Shown here one piece after another: positions 41,401 to 54,900 of a DNA stretch of 64,000 bases; positions within the stretch are counted from its first letter, which is position 1; every line of letters starts with the position of its first letter. Below the pieces are notes generated by a model. It made no database searches. It was not told where the DNA came from and was given only the letters and a program-made list of their open reading frames with translations. The position numbers and the translations under genes are program-made. The stretch comes from Marsupella aquatica (Eukaryota; Plantae; Marchantiophyta): the NCBI GenBank assembly GCA_973895155.1, contig OZ316893.1, forward strand, positions 62,001 to 126,000, in the 5' to 3' direction.

Positions 41401-42420
41401 GTAGCAGAGGAGACGGACGCGGCAAGGCGAGAGAACGAATCTCTGCTGGACCAGGTCCAGCTCCTCAAGGCGGACAACGACAGGCTTTGAAGGCAGCGGG
41501 ATGGCCGCTCCCATTCGGGCGGCTCTGGCAAGCGTGCCAGGCATTAGCGGCAGAGTAGGAATAGATTAGGATTAGGACTAGCTTAGTCAGGCTCTTGGGA
41601 CAGGCACCTACCTTAGGTACAGCAGCGCTGCCATGCTATCCAGCCTGCGTAGATTAGGATCTTCTAATAAGACACAGCCATTTTCCGGCCTGACTGTCAG
41701 CTTAGTTAGGACCTTAGTCAGCGAATCTTCGGACGAGAGGACACCCCGTCCCTCGGTAGAGGCAGAGGGGGGGTTTTTAGTTTCAAAGTTGGACGTCCGC
41801 GGTATGTGCGGGGAGTCCCGACCTCTGGGAATGAAAGAGTACCAAGGGGAGGGGGTAGGACTAAGCTCGCCGGGCGAGTGCGGAGCCGGGCTCCGTTGTA
41901 GTGTGCACCCTCGGCCTTGAACCTGTTCATTCCGGGGCTGTCGGGTCAACTAAGTGTACGCATATGTTCCCTTTGTAGTAAAATCCTTTCCCATGATTTC
42001 CTTCGTGTAAATTGAGATTGTATGCATGTGCGCATGTATGTGTGTGGGTTTCTCGTATATGGGTGGCAACGCCGGGCCGAACGCACTACCCGAGACGTGC
42101 ACAGGGTGCAGTCTGCTGGTAAGTGGTTGCGAGCACGGGTTGAGGACCTGTATCATCGAATCCGGATCAAAGGCGAACAACACGAAGGCTTAGAAGCCCT
42201 TAAGCCGGGGTCGATCCTGCTATCGACTAAGGCACGTTCCGGCGGTGGAACACAAATCATACCTAGGAGGTGTCCGTATTTAACAGTATGCGCACTTAGC
42301 GCTAGTTTACAAGAATTAGGTGCATTACATGCTTCCCTCCCTGCCCGAACCCTCAGATTTACGAAGGATGTGCCTATCTAAGCTGAAGCCCGAGTTAAGG
42401 CCGAAGCCGATGACGTGACA
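38409..42420 (+). repeat. 5' LTR (~4.0 kb)
   Basis: TGTGAC...GTGACA, TATA-like TATAAAA at ~38768, followed by the PBS. The first ~2.4 kb is repeated at 49541-51935. Confidence 0.8.
39320..41490 (+). pseudogene. LTR-encoded PMD-like + Pro-rich + coiled-coil protein
   Basis: ORFs 39400-39741 and 39790-41490 are joined in the 3' LTR copy, which has CAG where this copy has TAG (39739). Lesions differ between the two LTRs. Confidence 0.75.
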
Positions 42421-42433
42421 TAGCCTTTGTTTT

Positions 42434-42451
42434 TGGCGCTAGATGGAGGGG
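42434..42451 (+). promoter_or_regulatory. Primer-binding site, tRNA-Asn-like
   Basis: TGGCGCTAGATGGAGGGG is one mismatch from the complement of the plant tRNA-Asn(GUU) 3' end (TGGCGCTAGAAGGAGGGG, recalled sequence). Confidence 0.75.
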
Positions 42452-45400
42452 GCACTCTACATATCGTAGAGGGGAGACATGTGCGTATTCACCTAGGCAG
42501 GATACATCAGGACGTAGTACTAACCATCGCATTTATATGAGTAAATGCCCGTCACTCGTTCTCAAGCAGCTTACTTGAGGAGATTGACCAGCGAATGAGA
42601 AAGTGCAACCACAACAAGTTCCGATTCTTTGGGCTCGGAGGACTCGCAATCGCCCCAACATATGAACATACCACCGGGACCTTTGGGGTCCGATTCGACC
42701 GGTCCTGCTGCGGTTCCTCCGCCACCACCGCCACCACCGCCACCTCCACCACCACCTATGGCAGCCGCTGCACCAATGGCCCGCGCTGCTCAAGCTCCTC
42801 CACAAATATCGCAACGATCGCGATTTCATTATTGACCTTTCAAAGGACGACATGGGGATGATCCGGATGAATGGTTGGATGAGTTTGAAGCCACGGCTAA
42901 AGCTAATGGGGAAGACGCCATTAAGCTAACCATCCTCCCTGGAGTGATGCGGGGAGAAGCTCATCCATGGTACAACTCGCTGCCACCCGGGACTACATGG
43001 GCGCAATTCCAAGCTGTATTGCTGCAGGAGTTTCGTGCCATTGGATCAGAACAGTGTTCTCTATTAAAGATTGGTCAGCTTCGCATAGGAAAGAAGGAGT
43101 CCCTGCGGAAGTTCATTCAGAAGTTTCAGAAACTTGCGGCCAAGATCCGGCCCAGGCCGGGAGACGCGCTCCAGCTTACATGGTTCCTTCATGGTTTGCC
43201 CACGAATATGCAGTTCTGGGTGCGCCAGAATAATCCAATTTCAATGCAGGCGGCCATAGCGTGCGCTGAAACTTACCGGGAATCCACCTATAACTCCCGG
43301 CGAAGCCAGCGAGCACGCCGCAAGAAGGGTAAGTACGAGACCTTCAATGACAGTGACTCCGAATCGGACGACGAGAGGAAGAAGAAACGCAAGAAGAAGA
43401 AGAAACATCGTTCAACCTCGTCCAGCTCGAAGACGGAATCCAGTTCGGATTCAGCTTCGAGCAGCGGATCCTCTACCTCCAGTTCATCAGGAAGTGACTC
43501 GGAAAGTGAAAGCCGGAGCAAAAAGAAGAAGAGACGAGTGAAGAAGGAGGGGAAGATCAAACCCCGGGCGCGAAGAACGATACCAGATCCAAAGGCTGCC
43601 AAAGCAGACAAGCTGAAGGAAATCACGGATCGACTCAAAGCACTATCAGTACATCTTGCGGAAAAGCCGGTGGAGAAGAAGAAGCCATCTGAGATTCGAG
43701 CCCATGCGTGGTGTTCAAAGTGCTTCCAATCTGGCCATGTGGTGCAGGAATGCCCAAGGTGGAAGAACCGAGTCCACCAAGTAGAGCTGGATGATGTTGA
43801 TAACCCGGGTCCCGAATCGGAGTCCACGGAGTATTTCTTTGAAGACCCTCCTGATTCCGTGTACCAGATTTCAACGGTAGGTCCGCGTAATTTAGCGGGT
43901 AGAACTGCATACCCCTACCCAAACAATGGCTGGAGTTTCCAGGTTATCAGTAACCCGAGCATCCCTCCTAAGCCAGGGATTTGGCGATCCCCGGTTTGTT
44001 ATAACTGTGAAAAGCCAAGACACTTTGCGAGGGAATGCACCAAACCAAGACGTCAGGGAGATGGCCGAGGCACCCCATTATGTCAAGTCTGCAAAACGGA
44101 GGCTCATTCCACGGCCAACTGTCCATTGGTAATCGCTGCTCGAACGAGCGCAGCAAGACCGGCCCAGGCTGGACCGGCCACGAGTGATGCAGTCGTCCAA
44201 ATGATTGTTGTAGAATGGCAAGATGACAACACTGAGTGGGTGAATTTGGTGGACGCAGCAGAGCACCCTGATCCATTGGATGAGGCCGAGTGCTACCGAG
44301 TGTCGACAAGGGCTGAACGGAAGGAAGAGAAGACGGAGGAGAAACGTAGGAAAAAGCAAGATACTACTCCGGTGCAGCCAGTGATAGATATACCCCCGGA
44401 AAAGGATGATGACTACCGACGGGACGACCCGAAGCTATTCTACCCCCGCATCGAAGAACTGGTAAAGAAACAGTTGGAGGCTTACGAAGCTCGGGAATAC
44501 CAGAAAGCAATCAATAAGGACATCAAAGCAGCCGAGACCGCCCGGCGCCAGGAGCAAGAAGAGCAAGAAAAGCAAGAGGAAGCCAAGCTGCAGCCGAAAG
44601 AGGATAAAAAGGAGAACTACGATATTAAGGAAGATGTGAAGAGTTGCCCGGTTACAGCGACGGTGGGGCAACTGCTGCAGAACAACCCACAGTACAGACG
44701 GCAACTAAGGGAGTTGCTCATGGTTTGCCGAAGGAGGAGACTACCCCGAGTTGGGATCGCGGACTGCAACATGATATGCGAGGACCTAGGAGCGCCGGAC
44801 ATCTCGATCAAAATTAATAATTGTACCATCAAGATGGTTCTTGTAGACGGAGCAGGAGTCAACATCATGACTGAAGAAACGTCAGTCAGGTTAGGATACC
44901 TCACGTATCAACCCACAGCCCGGGCTATCAGATTAGCAAATGGGGCAAGGGTCCTCCCATTAGGCACGCTCACACGAGTGCTCACTCTGGTGGGAGGGGT
45001 GGAGTTCTATCTCAACTTCCTAGTCATGAGGCCGGTCCGGCCCTCCTCTTACCCGGTTCTTCTAGGTAGGCCGTGGCTGTACGGTGGCCGCGTAGTCACG
45101 GATTGGGGAAAGAAGGAGCTACAGTTCGGGGAACCTACCGTACGGGTATCATGGGCAATGGACGATTATCAGGGAGAAACCCCACAAGGACCCGAGGAAT
45201 ATGATTCGAAGACCTCGGAGGAAGAGGAACTCAATATGATTGAACTCATCTCGTCCCTGTCTGAGGAAGATGTCTTCGGAGTTGAGGCAACCCGCGAAAC
45301 ACATCTCCTAAATTACCCGAGGGCTGCCATTGAGTCCACCCCAAGCACATCTACTGCCCGGGATGAGGAAACGCACAAACAACTCATCAAGACGGAGGAC

Positions 45401-47244
45401 ACGGCTCCAGCTAAGCAGGGAGCCGAGGCTGCTTCTACCAATGCAGAGCCTCGTGACCACGAACCAGCCCAACAACCGCCCGAGGCCGAAAACTTGAGAC
45501 CGAGACATAAGAAACAAGTCTCATGGGATCCGTCCATTCCGCAATTGGAGGAAGTAACTCCAATCCCGAGACCAATCCCGGTTCCACCCATGTACGGAGG
45601 AGTTCGGTTAGCTGAGCTTGATGCGAGCCTGGACCCGAGCCTGCGAAACCAGGTTGAAGTCATCAGGAAGGAGCACTACCGGAAGTACACCATTGGGATG
45701 GACAAATCTTTTAACCTGGGCCACGCTCTGACAGGGGAGGCTGAAAAATCCATCCAAGCTTTGCTCAAGGAATATGAAGATGTGTTTGCATGGAGTCATC
45801 ATGATTTAACAGGCGTCTCCCCCAAGTTGGGAGAACACACGATCGATCTGAACCTAGGAGCCCATGCGGTACGGCAGCGACAATGTCGCATGAACCCGAG
45901 GTACTCCATCTTAGTGAAGGAGGAAATTGATCGTCTCCTCGCTGCCGATATCATCTACCCGGTAATGGCCAGCGATTGGGTCTCTCCCATTGTCATTGTA
46001 CCAAAAAAGGGAGGTACAGACGGAAAACCTAAGATTCGTATTTGTCAAGACTACCGTAAGCTGAGCGACGCAACCCAAAAAGACCATTACCCATTACCAT
46101 TCACGGATATGGTTCTAGATATGGTAGCCCGAAATGAAATCTATACATTTCTTGACGGGTATTCAGGTTATAACCAAATCTGGATTCGCCTCTCGGATCA
46201 GCTCAAAACAACTTTCACTACGGAGTGGGGGACTTTCGCATTTCGGAGGATGCCTTTCGGTCTGTGTAACGCCCCGGCCATGTTTCAGCGCCTTATGATG
46301 AATATCTTCCACGATTTCCTACGGGAATTTCTGGAGATATTCATCGATGACTTTGCCATCTTCGGAACCGTTGCCATGCACCCCGAACACCTAAGACGAA
46401 CGTTGCAACGATGCCAAGATGTTAACCTCAAGCTACATCCCGCCAAATGCTTCTTCGGGGTAGAGGAGGGAGTGTTACTCGGGCATCGTGTGTCCAAACG
46501 GGGCATCGAGGTGGACCAAGAGACGGTTGCGGCCTGGATGGCAGTGGTGTTCCCCGTGGATCAAAAAGCAGTACGATCCTTCTTGGGTTGCGTAGGGTAT
46601 TACCGACGGTTCATTAAAGATTTTGCTAAAATAGCTTTGCCCTTAACAGAGATGATGAAAAAGGACGCGGTGATCAAGGAGACCCCAAGGAGACGGGTTG
46701 CTTTCGAAGAACTCCGTAAAAGACTCACCACCGCACCTATCATGGTCACTCCAGACTGGAACAAGGAGTTCCACGTGTATGTCAACGTGTCAGGGTTCTG
46801 TATCGGGTCTGTGCTTAGTCAGCTTGATACGGACGGACGCGATCACCCCATCTACTTCGCTAGCCGTCAATTATTCACAGCCGAAAAAAATTATTCCCCC
46901 ACGGATCGAGAGGCACTGGGCATAATCTACTCATGTAAGAAGTTCCGACACTATTTGCTCGGCTACAAGGTCATCTTCCACACGGATCACGATAGCCTGA
47001 AGTACATGGTCAGCAAAGCAGACGTAACGGGACGGATAGCCCGTTGGGTACTACTTCTCCAGGAATTTAACTACGAAGTTTGGGTTCGGCCAGGAAAGGC
47101 ACACCTCAATGCCGACTTCTTTTCACGGCTGGACGACGTACCAATCGATCAGCCAATTGATGATATTTTTCCGGATGAGGAGTTGTTCCACGTAGGGGAG
47201 GGGACACCAACGTGGTACGGCTCAATAATCACCTTCCTTTTAAC

Positions 47245-48274
47245 CCCTGGGCCCTCACTCTTACTATATCAAGTGAAACCCCCTGAGAACAGATACCCCC
47301 CGTGTACCCCTTCTTAATATTTTTGTTCACAAAAAAAATCCCCTTGTTAATGTAAAAATATTAACTTTTCCTATTAAATTTTATCCTTTTGTAAATTATA
47401 ATAGAGTTTTTCAAGGAATTAAAAATGTCCTTGAATTTTTAGAATTACAAATATCATACTGAAATAGTTAAAACTTTATCTTTCATAGGGGACTTGTATG
47501 TTATGCTCGATGTTCAAGGTACATATTTTATATAGATGAACAAAATTAGGACGAGAGAAAATTATAGTTCTTCCTATAGTTTACACATAGACCTGCAGTT
47601 TTGTCTTAGTGTTCGCAAAAGTGCCTCTGAACTTCTAGTTTCATTAGTACTATATATGTATAATCCAGGAATAATACTTCAAAGTCTGAACCAACTATAA
47701 CAAACATTGTTTGAGCGCTCGAGACCCCTCCCTCAATACACAAACACATCTGGCCTCATACATGGCTATTTGATTCAAGGGAATTCAAAAGTAATCTTGT
47801 CCGTCCATGTGGGATTGATCCATGGATCCCCATCAATCCCAGTTTCCCAACCAAGTTGGGCCCAAAGATCCTGGCCCAAAATTTACTCAACTCCCCACTT
47901 AACTCCTAAACATGCGGGTAAACATGTCTACCTTAACCCATTTGTTCCACCATAAGGGGACCAACGAAACCAAACTTGCCTTAAGACGATAATAATTAAA
48001 TATCTGATTTACTACATGGACATGTGTGCAAATGAAGTGATGACATGTGTGTCAACCATATAGTGACGCGTGTACTTGGCATTTTGGGTACCCTTGCATA
48101 AGATTTATGTGACATGTATTTGATTCTTGCCTTATTACTAATATTGTGGTGAATGTATATAGAGGGGTGTTGCCTACTTTAAAAACTGTTATAAAAATTA
48201 GTTTGCATTACATTAAAAATACCCTTGCGTTGTTCGTACGTCCTCCCTGTATTAGTAACACTAAGGGCCCAGGG
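47245..48274. mobile_element. 1030-bp non-autonomous TIR element (MITE) with 8-bp TSD
   Basis: TSD CTTTTAAC at 47237-47244 and 48275-48282; TIRs CCCTGGGCCCT..TTACTA. AT-rich and non-coding. Removal restores FLLT-GRIPDG. Confidence 0.92.
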
Positions 48275-49525
48275 CTTTTAACGGGCCGCATCCCTGACGG
48301 CATCAATCAGGAGGCCGCCGCTGTGTTTTTACGGAAAGCCGGGCCTTACGTCATGATACAGGGTCACCTACATAAGGAAGGTATTAATGGAAAGTTACGA
48401 CGCTGCTTAGAGTATAAGGAGACACTTATCGTGATGCGGGCCCTGCACGAAGAAGAAGCTGGAGGCCATTTCGCGGCGGTCACTACAGCCCGAAAGATTC
48501 TGGACTCGGGGTATTGGTGGCCTACGTTGCATCGGGATGTACAGCGCTTCATTAAGGGTTGTGACTTGTGTCAGCGAGCTGGGGCCCCGAGGCGTGCTCA
48601 TCATCACTCGCTCACATCTGTGCTTCCATTGGCACCATTCAAAAAATGGGGAATTGATTATATCGGGCCGTTTACTCCCGTTACCCGAAGGCGAAGATGC
48701 AGGTATATCCTACTAGCTATTGATTACTCCACCAAATGGGTCAAAGCTCGGGCTACGGTAAAGGACGACGCCGCAACCAGTGCCAGGTTCTTATACAAAC
48801 AGATTTTCACCCGATTTGGACCGCCCTTAGAATTGGTAACCGACCGTGGAACCCACTTCCTCAATGACACCATAGCCCAGCTTACGGAGCGTTATCTAGT
48901 CAAGCACCGCAAGACTACCCCGTATCATCCTAAGGCCAACGGGATGACAGAGAGAGCCAATGGTATCATTGGGAAAATCCTCAACAAAACGGATTGGGAT
49001 GATAAGTTGTACGCAGCGGTGTACTCGTATAATCTCGCTTACAAAACTACTACGAGTCACAGCCCGTACTTTCTCGTATTCGGCCAACATTCGTTGGTGC
49101 CCGTCGAGTTTGAAGTACACACTCCACGGGTCAGCATTCGGGATCGCTTACCCGAACCTGAAAGTTCATCAGACCGAGCTTATCAGATTGAAGCCCTAGA
49201 AGAAGCACGGCTACTAGCAGCTCGACACGCCGTGAAGAAGCAGGCAACTTTGAAGAAGCAGCACGACAAAGGACTACGGAGGGTCGACGTCGTGACAGGC
49301 GATCTAGTCCTTCTGTACGATAGTAGGTACATGCAGTTTCCAGGGAAGCTTCATACCCGTTGGTTAGGGCCCTTCCTTGTCAATCAGATCTACCGTAACG
49401 GATCTTTGGAGCTTGCGACGTATGCCGACGATTTACTCCCCACGCAAATCAGCTACGATCGTGTAAAGAAGTACCACCATCAAGATGACGACGCCGAGAG
49501 TGCTATTCACGAGGACGCTTCACAA

Positions 49526-49540
49526 TTAAGCAGGGAGCTA
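49526..49540 (+). promoter_or_regulatory. Polypurine tract
   Basis: aagcagggagcta immediately before the 3' LTR. Confidence 0.6.
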
Positions 49541-51935
49541 TGTGACGCCGCTGGTACGGCGGGTAATGAGTGATTCGGTCTAACTGCGCTCGGCATGCGT
49601 GTTAGGAGTGTCTTAGGCCACTATTATTAGCATAACGACAGTATTTAGGTAATCATTATGGGTAGGACATCATTAGGCAATAAGGGGGAAGTCAGGTTCG
49701 GACTGGCGGTGGGTCGCCATTCGCACACCCGGGTTACGAGCGTGGAGGGGCCCCTCCCTCGGGTCCGTATAACAAACTTAAGGAAGCGGCCACTGACACG
49801 CGCTGACTCAGATCGGCGGAGTGGCCGGTACACCACAAGTGTGAGCGGTTCAGCCTATGGGCGTCGAGGAGACGTCGGGGGATTGACAAGCCCTCAGGGT
49901 ATAAAAGGGGAGCCGACCCTTTGTAGTGCACCAGTCCATCAGTCCACGCGCCAGCTTCGACCCCAGCTCTCTTGTTCACTCTTAGTAGCTGCTGCTATCT
50001 CGTCTGAATGTCGCACACGATCCTCTCTAGTTCGGCCGTTTGATTCTGGACGCAGTTCCTATCTACCGGGAGATACTTGGCCGACTCCTTGAAATACGCC
50101 AACCCGCGCCGATTCAAAATCGAATGCGAGTACGAGAGAGCTATCCGCCTAGCCGGACGTCACCACTATATTCTTAACTTTGACTACCCGTCTTAGAGCG
50201 AGCTTTACCGACCAGCAGAGGTATCTGGGTACTTCTTCAACGGAGACAAATACATCGGTTTCTGGGAGGCATTGCTGCGTCTTCCGGAAGAGGTCTTCAA
50301 TATCCCGGGTACGATCGACCTACAATGACATCACTTCGACCACATCCCTGCTCAGGTTCGGGCTATCATCAACGGCGAGTCCAGCACTACTCGTTCGACA
50401 AGGACATCTGCACTCGCTTTGGAGAACTTCTACCAGCACCTACAGAGCTTCATGGGAACCCGGCCATCAACCAACATGGCCAACTCAGTCGAGCCCGAGA
50501 CCGAACCCATACTCGTACCCGTACCCATACCCGTGAAACCTCAGGCTCAACCGCAGGCTCAGCTTCAGCTTCAGCCTCAGCATCAGCCTAGCCAAACCCC
50601 ACCACCGATCGCCCAGCCAGCACAAGTACGCTCCATCATCAACGTTGTGGATCTTAGCGATGACGACGAGGCTACCCCACCCTTGACCAGGTGGCCCAGA
50701 GGGACAAACACTCAGGGGCCGACACTATATCGTCCCCGCCCCCTGCTCAGACCCAAGGTGCGGCCCCGGTAGGCAACATGGTGACCGTGGCCGCCCCGGG
50801 CCCATTACTAACGGCAGTGGCACTACCCAGGCCCGATCGGGAGGATGGGGAAGTGTCACCTTCCCCGAGCCAGTCACGGGGGAAGAAGAGGAAGGAATCC
50901 GCCGCTGCATCCGGGTTACCATTGGCCACGGTAGCCATAGCCAAGGTGACAATGCACCGCATGGGGGAAAATGTTCACAAAAACATCCTCCATCCCAAGC
51001 ATGTGGTGTACCTGAAGACTCAGGGATTTGAGCACCTCGCCTCCCTCCCCTGGAACACTTGCAGGTACTACGGGGAGGACATGACGGAGTTCGTCAGGAA
51101 TTATGATGACGCACGTCAACATACTCGGCTGCGGGGAAGGAGTATGTCCCTCACGAAAGAACGGCTCAAGATGATCTTCGGGTTACCCGAAGGTGACCAT
51201 CGAGTCGAATCACGGGCTCCCGGGGGCAAGGGAGCCAAGTACCAATCTTCAAGTTTTCCCTCTGAGGGAGCAGTGGACAACCGGTTCGTGATGAGGACCT
51301 GCCTCATCCCTGAGATAGCAGAACGACTGGAGTTCCAGAGGTACGCCCTCCACCTGATGGAACCCCGGGGTGAGATCTCCGCTGCCCAGGTTATCCAGGT
51401 CGAGAACTATCGACCTAGGAGGTGGGCATCGTACTTTGCCAAGAAGTTCCATGAAGAGATGGAGTGGCGAAGAAAGACGCTGTACATAGGCGAGAAGGCG
51501 TATTTCGCTAGCCACATCGAGATCATCCTCGAGTGGTACGCTCGGTTTGATCGACGAACCCTCCCCCGTGTCAACGTTACAAAGCTGGTCCCAGCTCGGT
51601 GGGTTTTTCCGGCCTTGGAGCGACGACCTCAACCCGAGGCCCGAAGTCCAGCAGACACGCAGGCTTCGCCCACCCCACCTCCACAGGTAGCGGTAGTCGT
51701 GACCGAGGAAATACTGGAAGGGTCGGTAACCGCACCCGAAGCTGCGATCCAACCGACCCGGCCAAGTACAGAAGTCGGTACCGCGGAGGCCTTAGTCGAG
51801 CCCGGGTCTCCCAAAGACCTACCGGCGGCTGATCCGGAGAACCGGACGCTGCTGCAGGAGGACACTCCAACCCCTTCCAACACTACTTCCCCGGGTTGGA
51901 TGTCACGGCCCCGGCCCCCGCACGTGTTGATGTCT
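49541..51935 (+). repeat. 3' LTR, truncated within its ORF
   Basis: Colinear with 38409-40804; similarity stops abruptly after cacgtgttgatgtct. Confidence 0.9.
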
Positions 51936-54900
51936 AAAATTGGGACCGGTCCTCTATAGCAACATGTGTGTATACCCTAAACCCACTCACGGGCAGAGTG
52001 TAAACTGCACTACTGCGTTTTCTCACAGGGTATGGGGGTTGGGTCGACATACCATCTTCTTTGTGGGATAACTTACGGAATGTGTACCTGGCTAGACACA
52101 AATCAGTTTTTTCCCCTCGCCTAAAATGCATGTTCGTCGCAATTCAATCTTCATTTTCCTTCCGCAATTTAATTACTCGGCTCCCTAGCTACTTCTTCTC
52201 CTACTCGGGTCGTCTTCATTGATCATACCGTGTACATCCTTTGATGCTATAATTACATAACCTCTCTCAAACCCCCATTGTTTCTCTGTTGCAAATTTGA
52301 AAGTTTTACATCCTAAACCCTACATATTTTTTCCAAAACTTCTGTACTTCTTCCTTTGCTCCATCCTACCGTACCCGGACAAGCAATTTCCTGTACCAGC
52401 CTCCCTTCTGATTCCAACTCCCTCGTTGTTTGTCCTCTTACACTCCATGACTTATGCTGCTATGATGCGGGCCCAATTTTTTGCCATGTTCGGCTCATAC
52501 CTCCAGTCACTCAACAACCCAGACACGGGAAGAGGTCGCTCGGTGAAAGCTACTCTCTCTGTACATACTGTTTTGGGGCAGTTTGGTCTCTGTTTGCTCC
52601 TACTGATGTAAAATTAAAGGTTTCCGTTCCGACTTCTGAAGCACCTTCCCCTGCGTCCGAAGGCAACTGGATCTCAGTCGTCATCCACCTTCGGTTTTGA
52701 GCGCTACCCTAAACGCCTGCCCCTCAACCATATGAAAACATCTCTGATATAGACTGCTTCCGAGCTATTGTCTTCCGAGTCTCCAGGTAGGTCATGAATC
52801 TCCAAATTTGAACTTCTCAGGTTGTCGGCGGTATCCTCTACCCTAAACGCCATGGCACTGCTTCTGCATGTTCTTCTTCTCCTTCACTCCAACAACCATC
52901 TTTGCTGGTTCCATATTCATCTTTGTCATCGATACCTCCGGAGTATCTGACTTTTGTTCACATCTCCTTCGAATCAAGCCGACTCATGACCTATATCTTG
53001 GCCGGATGAATGTGGGCGGGGTTTAGGCCGGACTGTCAAAGGTAGCACACGCTGTCCCGACAAAAAAGCGGCAAACCGGAACTGACCTCACTTGTCGACG
53101 ACTTCTTAAACGGACTCCGCCAGGGTGAGGCCAGGATCCATACTATAGACGGTTCAAACCATCCACCCACCTGGTTTTGGAGCCAAGTGGCATTGTTTTC
53201 CGGCCCTCAACTTCAATCAATCGCCTTGCAAATTTGGAGACAAGCACAATAAATAGGGAGGGGAGCAGAGCAACAAGGTGGGAGAATGGCCTCCTCTGTT
53301 ATCCACAAACTCTGTCTGCATCCTGTTTGTGACATTTGCCAGAGACTACAAGGGGCTGAACAATCGTAGCGCAGACATTCATCCATGTACGTACAAGAGA
53401 TCAAACTACAGTAGAAGGAATCATTCAGTTTAGGGCCAGCGAGAGATGAGCATGTACGTTGGGAAATTGATCTCATCAAGCCCTTCTCGAAAACAGGGCT
53501 GTGCATGATAGCCCAATTACCGGCTCGCGTGATGAGAAAGGTCTGGAGTTCAAAACTACGGCAAATGCCTACAACAATAGGTTGTTTTCTACATTAAAAG
53601 TTGCGTGTGGTCGCTGTGGAAGAGTCATCGTTGTGGTCGGGCGGTTCACAAAGGGCTACGACTTTTGATCTCAAGAAAGAGTATTGTTTGCCGAGCATTT
53701 TAGCGTTTTCTTTGCAGACCATTTGCAAGTTCAAAACTTGTACTTGGCCATTGCAAATTTTTGGCATTTACCGGGGGAATGTGTTCATTGACCAAGACAC
53801 ACAAGGCGAACGCAACTTAGGGTTCCGTTGTAAACACACAAGGTCAAGGTCCTAATTTCGACCCAGGTTACAACAGCACCACACCCTCCCATCACACTAA
53901 ACCCCCCAATCGCGCCCTCCACACCGCGCCCCCCAACCGTTAACCCTAAACCATACATCCATCTCTTTATTTGAATATAACTCGGGTACAGTGCTCAGAT
54001 TAGCAATAAGATGTTGGTATGGAATTTATAGGCAGAAATTTGCCAGGCCCATCCTCACAACACAGTGAAGTCCATATATAGAAGTGAGGCAAATGTTTCT
54101 TAAATACCATATGGAACCCTCACGTGAATGATGGGCTGCAAAACACCCCTCCAGCTCACAACCCTTCGGGATGCGTTATCCTATCCTACATAAATAAAAC
54201 GCGCGGGGAGCCACGGGCTTTTCGGGCGAGCATCGCTCAGGGTCGACGGGGGTGGTTAAATAATGAGTTCATAGCAAAAATGAGTTTCAGCTGCTGCGTG
54301 TACCTCTCCTCTTCTATTTCACATTGTGCACATCGCAGAATGGAAGTTTCGGAGTGTATCCCACCTTTGTAGAAGTCTACAACACAAGTGTGCCTCCCGA
54401 AAGTAGTCATGTCGGCATAGGGTGACACAGCAGAACACAGTCGCAAAAAACCGGTGACTCCCGAACATCATTACAGCACAAATGGAATTACAGTCACACC
54501 AGCAATAGTGTGGGTGGGAACTGCCATGGTCACTGAGCAACTCCACAAAAGGCATCTTCGCACAACCCATGACAGACAGACTTTACCTGCTACTTAAAGG
54601 ACTCATAACCCGTTATATGTTAGTAACTATTCAAAGAAGTAATCTGCCGTAGCCCGACACCTCAGAAACCTTTCCTCCTAAATCTTTAACCTTTTCCTAC
54701 AGTTCAAAGTTGCTCCTCTGCCATGATATCAATTTTATTCATCAGCACATCATTCCCGACGTCCTTAGCCCTAATCTAAGCCTTCTCGCGTTCAAGCTTC
54801 TTGCAACTGGTGCTGAATCTTATCCGCTTCACCGACTACCCTAAACTCAAGTAGGCACCCATCTCCCTAGGCAGAGAAAAGTAATCGCTTGACGCCTGCA

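Larger units (their letters stand above)
42629..49573 (+). pseudogene. gag-pol polyprotein of element 2 (TGA at 42833, MITE insertion at 47245)
   Basis: Gag, zinc knuckles (CSKCFQSGHVVQEC, CYNCEKPRHFAREC), PR VLVDGAG, RT FLDGYSGYNQ/FIDDF, RH (YVNVSG, catalytic D to N), INT HHCC and D,D35E (WGIDY, TDRG, ERAN). Confidence 0.93.
38409..51935 (+). mobile_element. Non-chromovirus Ty3/gypsy LTR retrotransposon (element 2), 3' LTR truncated
   Basis: Direct repeats begin TGTGACGCC at 38409 and 49541. PBS, gag-PR-RT-RH-INT and PPT are present; no chromodomain or extra RNase H seen. Confidence 0.93.
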
